Source of the DNA: Lobosporangium transversale
Taxonomy: Eukaryota
Direction: 5' to 3'
Assembly: GCF_002105155.1 (NCBI RefSeq)
Contig: NW_019028989.1
Location: forward strand, 496,001-560,000
DNA length: 64,000 nucleotides
In this document: positions 37,190 to 49,964 of the stretch, piece after piece
Numbering within the stretch: position 1 is the first letter of the stretch
How the letters are laid out: each line of letters starts with the position of its first letter
Position numbers and translations under genes: made by a program
Notes under the pieces: model-generated
Told to the model about the DNA's origin: nothing
What the model saw: the letters and a program-made list of their open reading frames with translations, nothing else
Database searches by the model: none

Positions 37190-39052
37190 ATATTAATTTC
37201 GCTCTACAGCGATCAATCAGGGTGTCTACACATCTTACTTCCTTGTGTACGAGCAACGAAAGTACGCTTGTGCAAAAATGTCAGATGGTCACCCACAGCA
37301 ACGAATGAGATATCCCTAAGAGAAGAGTGTAAATATATTATTATCGCCACAATATAATACATCCATGCATATCCATATGATTGAGCTGATTGATATGACT
37401 CGGAGATCAAGCTGGGCTTGAAGGTTACCTTCTACTTGGCTGCCAATAATTAGTTTGTCTTGCATTCGCATGTCGTGAATTTATCTCCAATTGAGGAAGT
37501 ATGGTCGTCGTGAGATCTTTCATCACGTCAATCGTGGCGTGACACGTACACATGTTGGGTTATATTATATGAACAAGTCAGTAAATTACGAAATGATACC
37601 TCGTTACTATCCATGTTTGCACGCTTAAATCAAACTTATCAATACTTACTGAGTTATGGCTGCGCTATTCCAGTATAAGCATAGGTGTATATCGCGTTTT
37701 TTGTTAATGGCAGGGCGTAGATACCTTAAGTAGAACGTAGAGTCTCATTGCATATCCATTAACTTCCTTCAAGGACGATACTTTTGGTAGACATACTTGT
37801 TCTGTAAAAGGCAAGTTAATGCTTCGAGTAGGTTGGGTCTTTATACACTTATCTTGGATTGTTGCTGAGGTAAGGTTGCTGACAGTGATTTAGCGACGAG
37901 CGCTTAGTATAAATATAAATTGTCGGTTTTTGTGCATAAAAAAAAGAATGGATAGTCAAAAAGGGCAGTGAGTAGGTGAATGGGCGGAGAGAAGGAGTCG
38001 AATACATGCTGAAAGTAAGAAGTGGAAATACAAAGAAAAGACAAAGTGAAAGGAGAAGAGCTTGAAATGTTTTAGAAAGTAGGCGAGTTATAGAACTACC
38101 AAGGAGTGAAAAACTAACAGGTGGACTGTAGAAGAAATGGCTCGGCACCTTTGAGGTAAAAAAAAACAAAAAAAAAAGACAGACTATTTCCAAACATGGA
38201 GGCAAAGCATAGCAAAACCGATCTCTCTTTCAGAGAGGTCTTTGTCAATTATAAGCCTACTACTTAATAAATCTTTTGTAATTGGTAACGGACTAACCAA
38301 AAGTGGTATCGGTATGAGTCTCTGCTTATTTAGATGAATTCTGACTAAGAATCTTGGTCCAGTAATGTCGGCCAGATATATTTTTCGATGAGCTCAAAGC
38401 CTTTGATACAGTCTTTTGTAGTTCTTTAAATGTGACAACTACACTTTATGCATCCCCATGAAGTTCAATCTGTAATAGGAATTTGGGTCTGAATAAAAAA
38501 AAAATGTAGCGATAAAATACGTATATCACAGCATGATCCTGAGTCTGACGAGATCACTTACCAGCAACTTCTCTTTTTTTAAATACATTCATGCTATGCC
38601 TTTTTACGTGGAGTATCTCGCGACTGTCTTTCTTAATAGTGTAGAAAGAATGAATGAATTTCCGAGGGAGCAGAAGAGAGGACGATCAAAGAGAGGATAA
38701 TTGACATATACCCAAATGATGATAAGCAACATGACTGGCTATGCTAACTAAATGAGACTCTTCAATATTCTTGCCATCCGTATCGGAACCATTTGAGTTT
38801 ATCATTCCAGTAACTTGTGGAGAAGTTCCACAGGTGCCATACGTAAAGTGAGAAATGCTTTTGCTTTCTTCGCTTTTTTGTTTTTCAAGAAACCCTCAAA
38901 TTATGGAAACAAAAGCACATTGTGCACTGTACCTCAGAAAAGACAGGAGACAATTGATTGCTCAATGTAGTATGCATTACTTTTTTTTTTTTTTTTAGTC
39001 TTTTTTATTTCGCTTATCCCTTCAGCTTTATTTCTGTCTTTTTATTTTTACT

Positions 39053-40869
39053 TTACTTCTTAAGCTTACGGATGTAGAAGGCCAACTCCTGTCCCTCAAG
39101 AATGTAACCGTCAGCACGGCCGGACTGACCGGGGCGGGAAGAGATGCAGGCATAAAGACGGCCGGCAGCGAACTGGTGGTCAAGGGCAGGGTCGACCTTG
39201 GACTCGGCCTTGCGAGACTCAATCTTGCGCTGGACATGGTTCGAGCGGGCCTTGGAGACCTCCTCGGATTCAGCCTGAATAAAAAAAAAATTACAAGAAC
39301 CAATTGTCAATTGATTTTATCCTTTTTTTCCTCAACGGAATGGTCAACAACCTGCATTTTATGCGGCTTTGTTTATTCGTCAGGTGAATTCCCAAGGCGA
39401 AATGATATGCTGGAATTCCGGAGAACAGAGATTTAATCCTCCATGATTGATGTATAGTATCCTCAAATATGTTATTCCAACATCCTGTCAGTGCGTTACT
39501 CAAAACGCACGTTTCATTTCCCAGCTCTTTCTTGATAGGCGCTCATGGTCGTAAAACTGCAAGAAAAAAAAAGTTGCTTGCGCTTCCAACGCATCCTCTA
39601 TCTGAACAATATCCATAATTCGCCTGACGACATTGGTATAAATGGTACACTCTAATATCCAGATTTCATTGTATGTGGTATCGCCCATTTTTTGTTAAAT
39701 GGCTCTGTAATGGTGTGTTTTATCTTTGATCCTTTTTTCTTACCTTCACAACACCCTTACCCTTGCGGGCACCGATAGGGACGGCGTAGTGTGACTCATA
39801 CCATTGACGGAAGGGGGTGGCATCGACCTGAACAATGGCGTTCTTGACCAAGGTACCGGTACGGACCAACTCGTTGTTGGAAGCGTTGTAGACAACAGCA
39901 ACGATACGAGTCTTGCGGGAGATGGCCTCTGAGCCCCACGAGAAGTTGCCGGAATCCAAACGCATGGCACGGAACTTGCGGTTACCTCCACGGGTGCGAA
40001 CCTCATGGATGCGCTTAGCTCCGAGCTTGGTGTTGGCAGCCTGACGACCCAACTCGAATTTTCTCTTCTTGCGGTATTGGGCGCGCTTGGCTCCAGAAGC
40101 GGAGCGCTTGTGGCGGGAGTCTCTGCTGATACCTGTTTATTTTGAAAAAATAAAATAAAATAAAATAATCGTGTCAGAGTAAGCTATTATAGACCATACT
40201 AAGTCCCTTGTACCAAGGAAAGGGAGGAACAAGATGCTAAATTCATCGCAGTGGGTGATTGTGAATTTTCCTCGTCCATGCTGAAATACAGACGTAGGCA
40301 GATCCTGCTACTTGTAGCGGCTGAGCTTCAAGTAAATCCCCTCCAGGTTTACCGTTTGATGAGAAATAGAAAAGTGAAGATCCCGACATCTGAGTAGTTC
40401 AACACTTTGAACCGAAATACATTTAGAATTTCAGGATAAATCAGCCTCGCTTTCCTTCGCATGAACCTCCTTCTGATAAAAGTTGAGCAAATCATATGTT
40501 CCAAACATTCCTCGAGGTAGTGCAGGTACACAAAGCCAGTTACTCTTTTTTTTTTTTCCTGCTGCTTGTACAATTCTTGTCTCGATTTTTCCGCCTTTTC
40601 AGTGTCTCCCTGATGTTATAAAATAGAGATCAGATTGACTACGCTCCATCAGATCCTCTAGCCAAGTCTGATCCTGAAAATTGCCCTTTCTAAAAAGAAT
40701 GAATACTGTGTTTTTCATGATACATGTTCAATGCTGATAAGCTGATATAGAGGTTGATTGTGTTGGATGTATGGAATGGATTGAAAAATCGACTCTGGAT
40801 GGATTGACATATCCTCTCCTTTGGATGTTCACGTTAAAAAATTTCCTTTTAGTTGTCAGTCATACCCAT
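39053..40869 (-). CDS. RPS8: 40S ribosomal protein S8 (exons 40869-40866, 40132-39744, 39274-39053)
   Basis: [32 protein letters not shown]...[12 protein letters not shown]...[16 protein letters not shown]; 4-nt first exon ATGG followed by gtatga. Confidence 0.98.
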
Positions 40870-41555
40870 TATGAAAAGTCAAAAGAAGGAACTTGTGATT
40901 TTCGCGCTACTGTTCTGAATTATCATTTTTCAAACGTGATCTCTTTCCAATGGGTTAAGGGCTTCGCTTCGTTACTAAGCCACCGTGCCCCAAATTGATT
41001 TGTCCCTGTACTCCAGGAATGCTGTTTCCGGCTTCTGGGGCCAATGCATCGAGCTGGAACTCCGTCATTATTATTAATATAACCAGCCTATCAAGCTGTG
41101 GTAGAATATATACTCTTTCAAGTCTTACTTTCTTCCTACTGGTCTTTATCTTATTACCTACTCGTTTTCTAAAGACAACTTCATGTTTCGCCTCTCGAAA
41201 CCATTCTGGATGTCTTAGTGAGTCCTCCATGATTGTACTTGTAACAAACCAGCAGTCATCCCTCCAAGTCTCTAAGCCTCCCAAAGTCTCTTCAATTTCA
41301 GCAAGGGATGTTTGAAGGAAGGGAAAGCAAGAGATTCCCCACTCTCTGTTGCCCGCATTTTATTCTCGGAAAAAAATAAAGTAAAAATACGGGGTGGCTC
41401 CCTGCGGGTCATAAGACGTTCGAGCATTTAGAAACCGATACTCTCCCTCTTCCTTTCTTCCTTCCTTCTTTCTTCGCTTCATTCTGTCTCCTTCCTCCTC
41501 TCCTTCCTTCTCTCCTTTCATCAACGCTTTCTCTTGCTTATTTTTTTGTTATTTC

Positions 41556-42198
41556 ATGGCAGGACATCGTAGCCCTATTACTTGCCATGTGCTGGACTCG
41601 TCTTGCGGCAGACCTGGTCGCAACGTGCCCGTGAAGCTCGAGATTCTCAACACCGCTGCCAATAACTCTTGGGCCTCCGTTGCCTATGGGTAAGCCAACA
41701 GAATATACAAAAAAGGAGAAAGTAAAAACTAGAGGATATGACAGGAGAGGCGAAGACAAATGCAGGGCAGGGGCATCGGAAGGAGACATCTCACTTTATT
41801 ATTATTGTTCTTTAATGAACTGAAGTTTGACAGATTCCGATGGTCGAGTGGGAACACTATTGGATCCTTCACATCAACTTGTGGCCGGCATTTACCGTAT
41901 GACATTCCAAACTGCTGAGTACTGGGCTTCCCAAGGCATCTCTGGTTTTTATCCTTACGTTCAGGTAAAAAAAAAAAAAATCATTGTCTTTCAGACAGAG
42001 AGTAGACGCGGTATCGAATGCTTGCGAAGCCAATGGCAATTGAGAATTCCTTGTGTGTTAACCCTCTCTATATGATCAACTGCTCTGCAACTGTCTGCAT
42101 AGATCGTCTTCGAAGTCACTACTGGCGCAGAGGCACAGCATTATCACATTCCACTTCTACTCAGCCCATATTCATACACAACCTATCGTGGATCATAG
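41556..42198 (+). CDS. uraH: 5-hydroxyisourate hydrolase (transthyretin-like), 3 exons
   Basis: [39 protein letters not shown] with the diagnostic C-terminal YRGS. Confidence 0.97.
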
Positions 42199-42423
42199 AC
42201 AACCTGTGGTTTACATTCATAAAGAAATATTTAAATAAATAAAAGAGAAAAATAACACTCGGTACATCTGTGCAACAATGGAAAAAGAGACACAAAAAAT
42301 TTCTCTTCTCTCGCGCATAACTAAAAGAAAGCTTTATTGTATTGCAGTTGCTATTATGTTGAAGGTATATGTTTAATCTATTAATATTTCCTATCCCTAT
42401 TGCTTTTTCTTGGTATATACATT

Positions 42424-44119
42424 TTAAAGCGCCAAAAATTCATCTCTGCGCTTAAAATACTCGTTAAAGCGCAGGACAGCATAGGGCATGTAATCGAAAT
42501 CAATGTCTGACAATTGCGCTTGTACCAAGGCCCAAATACCCCAATAAAAGTGTGACGCCAGTGCAAACTTGTTGACTTCTCTGTACAGTTGTCCCAGCTC
42601 TTGATTGCTGACTTCCCCTTGCTCGCTCGATTTGGAACTGTTACCGCCATCATCACTGCCATTGCTGCTCATGATGCTGCTCTCCACCGTTCGACCAGTT
42701 TCCAGGTAACTTCTGAGCCACTTGAACTGAACATCCTTGCTGGGGTAATTTTCATACTCGCACTCAAACCCACACCATTCATTAAAGTGATTGGCAATAT
42801 CAAAGGCTCTGTATGAGTACGAGCCATATTCATAATCAATAAAGAATACGTCATCCTTAGCATCGTTATAAATTACATTGCCATACAACAGATCGTTATG
42901 ACAGAATACCACGGGCGAATCCAGTTTTACTAAATGTTCCTCCAACATCGTAAGCTCACTGTGAAGGCGTTGCATGTCAAAGTTCTTGGCAAAAACTTCT
43001 TGAACTTTAGGTCGATTGTAGACTTCAGGAACTGATAGAAATAGGTGACATTGTATACAGGGCGAATAAAATATATTAATCAACAATGCCGATCATTAAA
43101 AAGAATATCCGTGTTCTATTGTAATAAATATGTGCTTACCTTCTTTGATCCACTTATGAATCGTCTTGAACAGCTTTGAGCTTCGTTCCCCAGGAATTTT
43201 GACAACACCATGCCAGATCGCCAATTTTCGAGCCACAAGCTCCATCTTGTGGGGATCTCTCATGTCTGCAACCTTAAACACCTTCCCAGGAACGCACCCA
43301 TACGCAAGCCCATTCCTGAATTTACCAAACAATGGTGGGCACAATCCAAGTTCCGAGAGGATAACCATATTCTAAAACAAGTAAACAAGAAAAATTATCT
43401 GTGAGAATAAAAATCAAATGAATCATGAAGGGACCGATGATGCGATTTGCTCTAACGGAAGAAACTAAGATCTCCTGAGGAGCAATCAATGTGTTCATGT
43501 CGGTTTGTTGTATACAAAAGTGCCGAAAAGATACACCATGTACCACCATCACATGGTGTAAACGAAAAAAAGGGGCTGTTTCTTATAGGCTATTCCATAA
43601 TCACATAAAAAAGCTAAAAATGCGAGCCAATCCAACCAATCAACCAATCAACTCCTTGCTTCAAGGGCAAGATGAACTCGAGCCGTTCCTCTGTCTGTTC
43701 TTTTGCCATCTTATTAGCTTACCATAATCTCCTGTCGACGGTCTATGATCACCTCACTCTTTTTACCATATGCCCGAACTAGGACCTGAGTACCTGTAGG
43801 AGCATGTGTACAGCAAATCACTAAAAAAAAAGATGATAAGTAACATTATAATGTCTTTTTTTTTTTTTTTTTATTTTTTTTTTTATTGAAAGTCTTAAGA
43901 CTTACACTTGTTAGTGATCCCATCTTTGAATTGAATGTATGAGATATCGCTCTTATCCCACTCAGGGAACAACGAGGTCATAACAGTGGCTGCACCGTTG
44001 AAAAGGTCATCATGGTGTACTGTCAGGTCCAAAGTTGCGACAGCCTCATGAATATACTTGTCCATCTCTGCCTCGGTCGTAGACGTTGAAGTGGGTGCCT
44101 TTAGTTGAGTGATCAACAT
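42424..44119 (-). CDS. EKI1: Ethanolamine/choline kinase (4 exons)
   Basis: DGITNKL, VLVRAYG, Brenner motif CHNDLLYGN, IDYEYGSYSYRAFDIANHFNE, HFYWGIWAL. Confidence 0.93.
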
Positions 44120-44350
44120 TCTGTAAATTATTCAATGAAATACAAATTGAAGATGTAAATGAGGTGAGGGCGTGGATTTGAGTCTAGAAGAAAATAGCTG
44201 GAAAGGAGTGGAGAGTTTGAAGATGTGAAATGTGTGAAATGTGAGTTTAAACTCAAGTTTTAACAAATTCAACCACACGTGAGCTGGAGCAAAAGATACA
44301 CATGAATGAAGCGGACAATCAAGTTTTTTTTTTTATTTGTTATTTTGAAA

Positions 44351-47300
44351 CTAAGAATGTCCTAATAGGCTATCATCCTCATCTTGATCAAGAACCCACC
44401 GTCTCTTTTTGCGTACTGCAAACCAGAGCCTCTTGATGCCGGCATTCAAAAACGTCGTTCTGCGTTTACAATCGCATTTCTCGCCTAGCGAGAACCCACA
44501 AGGTGACTCTGCACACGACAAAAATACCATTGGTACTACAGGCTCTGATGATGACTCATGCGAAAGCGGAGGCCGATCTCCAACGCTGCCGTTATTATTA
44601 TTGTTGCCGTTATGATTATGGTATCGTTCTCTAAAAAAATGTTGCTGCAATTGTGCTTGAATCTCTTCATGGTATAACTGCTTCGTGTCCATGACGTCCC
44701 TTCTATAATCGCATCCTGTAAAGACCAAAATTACATTGTCCCAAAAGTCTGGGAAATCCTTCATGATATCGTTAAATGTCGATAGGATCGTCAGAATCAT
44801 GTCCACGCTAGAGATAGCGTTAAAAAAACAGGTCAATAGATGCTCAGGAAAAAAAAAAAAAAAAAAAAAAACTTGAGACTTGGAGCACTTAAAACTTATG
44901 TTTGGCGATGCTTACCCAGAATCAATCTTAAATACCAAGAGAAATGCAGTGACACCTAGACGCGTGCCTACGGATCGGATATATTCCTTTAAAATGGGTA
45001 TATTCTTTTCATCATCTCCTTCCGTATCTGCCAAGCCTGTTTAACCATGAAGAAAATATAAGAATTTAAATTATTTAGAGGGATTTCTTAGCACTTTTTC
45101 TATAAAATTGAAGGTAAGGTTGTTACGTTACCTGGGGTATCTGCCAAGGTCACAAGGACACGCCTACTGTCCTCAAACCGCCCCCAACCTGTGCGCTCCG
45201 CGATACCTTTGGTCACAGCCTATAACAGTGAAGAGAGACGTTGTTAGCTATTATTCTCATTCTTGTTCTTGTTCTTATTTAAAAAAGATAAAGGAAAAAC
45301 TTACTCGTACGGAAGCACTAGCCTTCAGTTCACTAGTGCCCATGATCTTATTCAATAACGATGATTTTCCCTGGCCTGTCTTTCCTATCGCTATTAATAC
45401 GACGGGCCCGGATCCTTCGATAATATGCGATTCGCCTGTTATCTGACGAACATCATGTGTAATCAAATGTGATGTTGTCATTGCAGTACTAGATCTTGTC
45501 ACTGGCTGTGGAAAGAAACTTGATCCATCACCACCGACTAGACTACCAGCACTAAATCCAACTTGACCATGGTCATGGTTTTGTACCTGCATTTGCACAT
45601 GTGCCTGAGCCCCATCTGTAACAATTGTACCATTCTCAGATGTCGAAATACCTCCATGGCGAACAAACGAATCCAGAGCTTTTCGCTGCTGCTGGTATCC
45701 TGGCGACATGATAGAGAGATTTTGATTTTCCTCCGCAGATAACAAGCGATCGCGGAGACGCTGCTGGAGCAGATCATCGTCGTCTTGTTGTATTAAAGAA
45801 GTCTGTGTGGCTGCAGAATTAATCACAGTTGGAACTGAGGCTGGAACTGAAGCTAGTGATGAAGACTCCGCAGAAGAGCTTGTGTTAGAAGAAAAGGACG
45901 TAGTTACTAAAGGAATTTTTCCCGAATAGGAGGAAGGCAGCGGGGAGGATGGGTTCTGCTGGTGTATCTGTGGATGCGGCTGTGGTTGTGACTGATGTTG
46001 TAGAACATTGTTAGTAATATCCTGTAGAAAACCATCCGAAGAGGTTGAGCTATTGATTCTGTTCAAGTCTTCCTGAAACTGCGCCAGTTGCTGTCGCTGA
46101 TACTCCTGCTGCTGTAACAGGGTGTTATCCCGGACAGCCACATGATGGTGATCTGTTGCAGAATTAGATTGTTGTAGATCATCTTCCGTTGTAGCCTCTG
46201 ACATTGCTGTAATTATACTGGATACGCCTTCACTACTGCTAATAGCTGGTATGTACAAATGTTGAAACACGTCTTGGGAATAAGGTGAGTGTTTTTGGCG
46301 TTGTTGTCCATGCTGCTGACTTGAGGGCTGAAGAGACGACAACAGATTGGTAGGAGGCTGAAGGCTAATCGGCGAACTTACTAACCCCATTGTCGATAAT
46401 ATCGTATCCTCCTCGCCCTCTAAAGCCTGTAGTGATGATGGCATTGTCTCACGGATGACAGGAGGCTGCTGCTGCTGATACTGGCCCCCAACCGGCGCTG
46501 ACGCCGCTACTGTAGGCAAAATATTTGATGATGGGGTTATGGTATGCTGCTGAGATTGATGGTCGAAAATATGCGGTTGCGGCTGTGTGTGTGTGTCATG
46601 GGGCACAGTGGCATTATGAACTAGGCGTGGGGTCATCGGTGGCGTGGCTGAGACAGGGGTAAATGACTCTGCTGATGATACACCAGTCGCCCCAACACCA
46701 TCACCTCGGTTTGACGTACTAGAGCTACGAGAGGGAGTTGCTGACGAGTTGGAAGAAGCGATAGGCACGATAGAGCGCTCACTGAGGTCAGGAGGGATGA
46801 TGCTTGAGCCGGTGGCAACAGAAAAGGCTCCAACGACAGGCTTAGTAGCTGCATTGATCTTTGGACCCTGGGAACTGCTCCGCCAGCTGCTGCATGTGTT
46901 GTCATCTCCTATCCCTTCGCTCCCTGTCATAGAAGGTGCGGAAGTTGAAGAGGCCATGGTCGCATTATTGTTGGTATTATTAATACTGTTGTTACCGACA
47001 CCAAGGCCATTATTGCCAACGTTGTGAGGAAGGGTGATGTTGCTATTGGCGTTGTTGACACTGTTGATGAAGGAATTATGACTTCCGTAGGCGCCAAAAG
47101 TGTTGCTCCGTACTCTGTCTACTATACCTTCATTGGATATAGAGATTGGCACTTTGATTTTCTCGGGTGTATCCTCTAATGGGACTTTATAGTTAATCTC
47201 TGTAGTAGTATTTGAATTGACATTACTCAGCATAGGACTATCATAGAGACTATAGTGTGTGTTTGGTGTGCTGTAGCGACTGTTGGTTGAATTATTATTA

Positions 47301-47518
47301 AGACTGGTGAGGCTGGCTTTCAAGTGGAGCGAAGTATGTCGTGCGGAGGAACCATCGCTGCCATTGCTACCATTGCTGTCACTACGACCCAGTGCGTCTG
47401 AAGAAGTAGAGGAAGGTGGTGGAAGAGAAGAGACCGATTCTAGTGTTGGACTTGCTTCAGCTTTTGGCCCAGGCTGAACTGGGTCTGTTTTTTTTTTAAA
47501 CTTGAGTCGTTCAAACAT
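44351..47518 (-). CDS. AIG1/GIMAP-like P-loop GTPase with a disordered N-terminus of about 700 aa (4 exons)
   Basis: G1 GKTGQGKSS, G2 (AVT), G3 DTPG/LAD, ILVFTGCD; N-terminus is S/N/Q/P-rich low complexity. Confidence 0.8.
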
Positions 47519-47556
47519 GAAAGGCAAGCTAATCTAAGGAAGAGGAGAAGACGAGG

Positions 47557-47592
<36 letters not shown>

Positions 47593-48157
47593 CTTTGTCA
47601 GGGGTAAATTAATTGTGGGAGGACAATCAGATGAATGCTGCTGATGAGCAAGGTAAGTTTGATGGAATGTGAAAAAGGATGCGAAAATCAGAGCAGAAAG
47701 AAAGAGTAAGTGAGAGAAACAGAGATGGCGAGGACTACGGGTCATGAGAGCAATTGAATTAGAAAGCCAGAAAGTAAAAAAGTAAGGGAACAAAGAAAGA
47801 GAGAGAGGAAGAAAAAATATCAATACATACACTCAGTTGACAAAGAAAAGCTACCCCTGTAACTGTCCATGAATATGATGAACGCGTTTGGAATGATATG
47901 CAAATTGCTCGGCGATCGAGGGGAATTGTGTCTGTCTAAAAAATATAATTCACTCCATACACGACGATTTAGAGAAACAGACCCATCTAACTGGCCTACC
48001 CATTTCATTGTAATTCTATGGAAAAAGACAGATAGTCAATGCCTCAGTATTCATCGCCACCAATGCGTTGGCTGTGCTCGATTCTCTAATTTTTTTATTG
48101 CATTATATATTTGGTAATAGTTATTTTATTTTATTTTCTCCTTGCTCATTTGTTAGG

Positions 48158-48191
<34 letters not shown>

Positions 48192-48301
48192 CAATCTATA
48201 CTCTTCTGAGGATGTTTCAAACCAACCGAGGGAGTGCGAAAAGCATGCACAAGACCAGGAAAATGAACCGGGAAAGAGTTCACTTTGAAGAATTCCTGCT
48301 T

Positions 48302-49387
48302 TTAACGAGTAACCTTCTCAAGAACAGTTTCATAGGCAACCTCGCTATAATCAGTACCCTGAATCTCGGTTGCAATACCATTTAAGGATCTGCGGAGGGC
48401 GTCCTTGCTGGAAGCGTACAACATCTTGGGCTTGACCGAGGCATTATCAGGAGACCTATCGAGTACAAAACAAAAAAAAAAAAAAAAAAAAAAAAGAATG
48501 ATGAGATGAGTATTTTGTCACCAACATAGCCTTTGTAATGGTATCGATTGCAGTATTTAAATAAACAAAAACATTTAGCATCCTGAGATGTATAATCTTG
48601 CAACAAAAGAGAAATCAATAAGCTAAGCCAGACCAAACTAGACGACGATATAGGGTACATCATTTTCAGGCGGGTCACTTATGCTTACCAGCTAAAGAAG
48701 ATAATCTTGCTACGATCGCCGCCCTCACTGGTCTTGTAGTCAAAATCATAAACGGCCCAAAGGCAGTCGTTTTGGGGAAGTTGTTCCAGGAACTGGTCGT
48801 ATGTGGCGGTTTCAGCCTTATCAGCAACAGTAATCTCGTCGCCTGTAAGCTTGTAGATAATGTACTTGTACTTCTTGCCGATCTTCAACTCCTGAAAAGC
48901 ACTGAGACACTCGGCATTGGGTCTAACTCCACTGGAAGAGGACTAGAAAATCAAACAAGTGATAGGCAATGAGTATGTGAATATACAGCTTGAAAAACTT
49001 GATGTTTTCTTGTAGCGCGTATCAAAACAGGAGAATATGATGGATTCTCCATTCTGTTATCAGAAATGAAACTCAATCACATAGAAAAAATCCTTTTCTG
49101 GAAACATCAGTGATATCCACTTTTATTATGAGGATACTCATTCATTTTCCTGGTCGCTTCATTCCATTGTTGCGCGGTGAAAGATGAGGGAAATATATTT
49201 AAAAATAAATAAATAAAATAAAATAAAATAAAAGAATAGCCTGGTCGTTGATGTTGAAGGAGTTGAAAGCGCGTTTCCATTGTCTGGCATGATGCAAGAG
49301 ACCCACGCAATGAACATGTCCTGCCCAAAGCAAAGAGACAAATATGAAAGAAAGAAGCTCAAAGTAGGAACCTGTATACGTTACCAT
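48302..49387 (-). CDS. COF1: Cofilin/ADF (ATG-only first coding exon, 3 exons)
   Basis: M/SSSSGV...[58 protein letters not shown]. Confidence 0.97.
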
Positions 49388-49964
49388 GGTTGTTTAAAAG
49401 TATAGTAGTAGTACCGGTAGGTGAGGAAAAAATGGATAGAGATGAGATGAAAAAAGATGATGAGGTTCCTCTAGAGCTTATATACACTTTTGGCCCAATT
49501 TTTTTACTAGCCTAGTCTGCTCTGTATTTGGACTCATCATAATCACACCCGCTATTGTGGGCCTGTATTCAAAACTACGTCACGTTCTAGGTTGTTGTGA
49601 CGTTTTGGTTGAGTAAAAATAAGTAGGCTCATACATTGGTGTCGTTTTGGTCCTACGTGCCCCTGTTGGAACCTTGTTACACGATATTTTAATAAATGAT
49701 GAAAGGATCCTCTCCTTTATGTTGTATTATCAATCATCTCATGTGCCCATTACTTGCTTTTTTTTTCTCTGTTTTTTTGAATAGATTTATGTGGTTTATC
49801 ATAGTGCAGTGAGAAAAATAATATATCGAAAGAAAACTATGTACAAACATGAAAAGAATAGCTTTTTTTTGTTTTTGACTTTGTAGGAAAGAATGGATGC
49901 GGCATGATACAATGGATAGGAACAGTGAATGATAGAAAAAAGCAAAAAGAAAAGACATTGTAAA

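Noticed and set aside
40170..40250. Possible C/D snoRNA (GCGATGA...CTGA) in RPS8 intron 1
   Set aside because: C box is imperfect, CTGAC is better explained as the branch point, and I recognised no rRNA guide.
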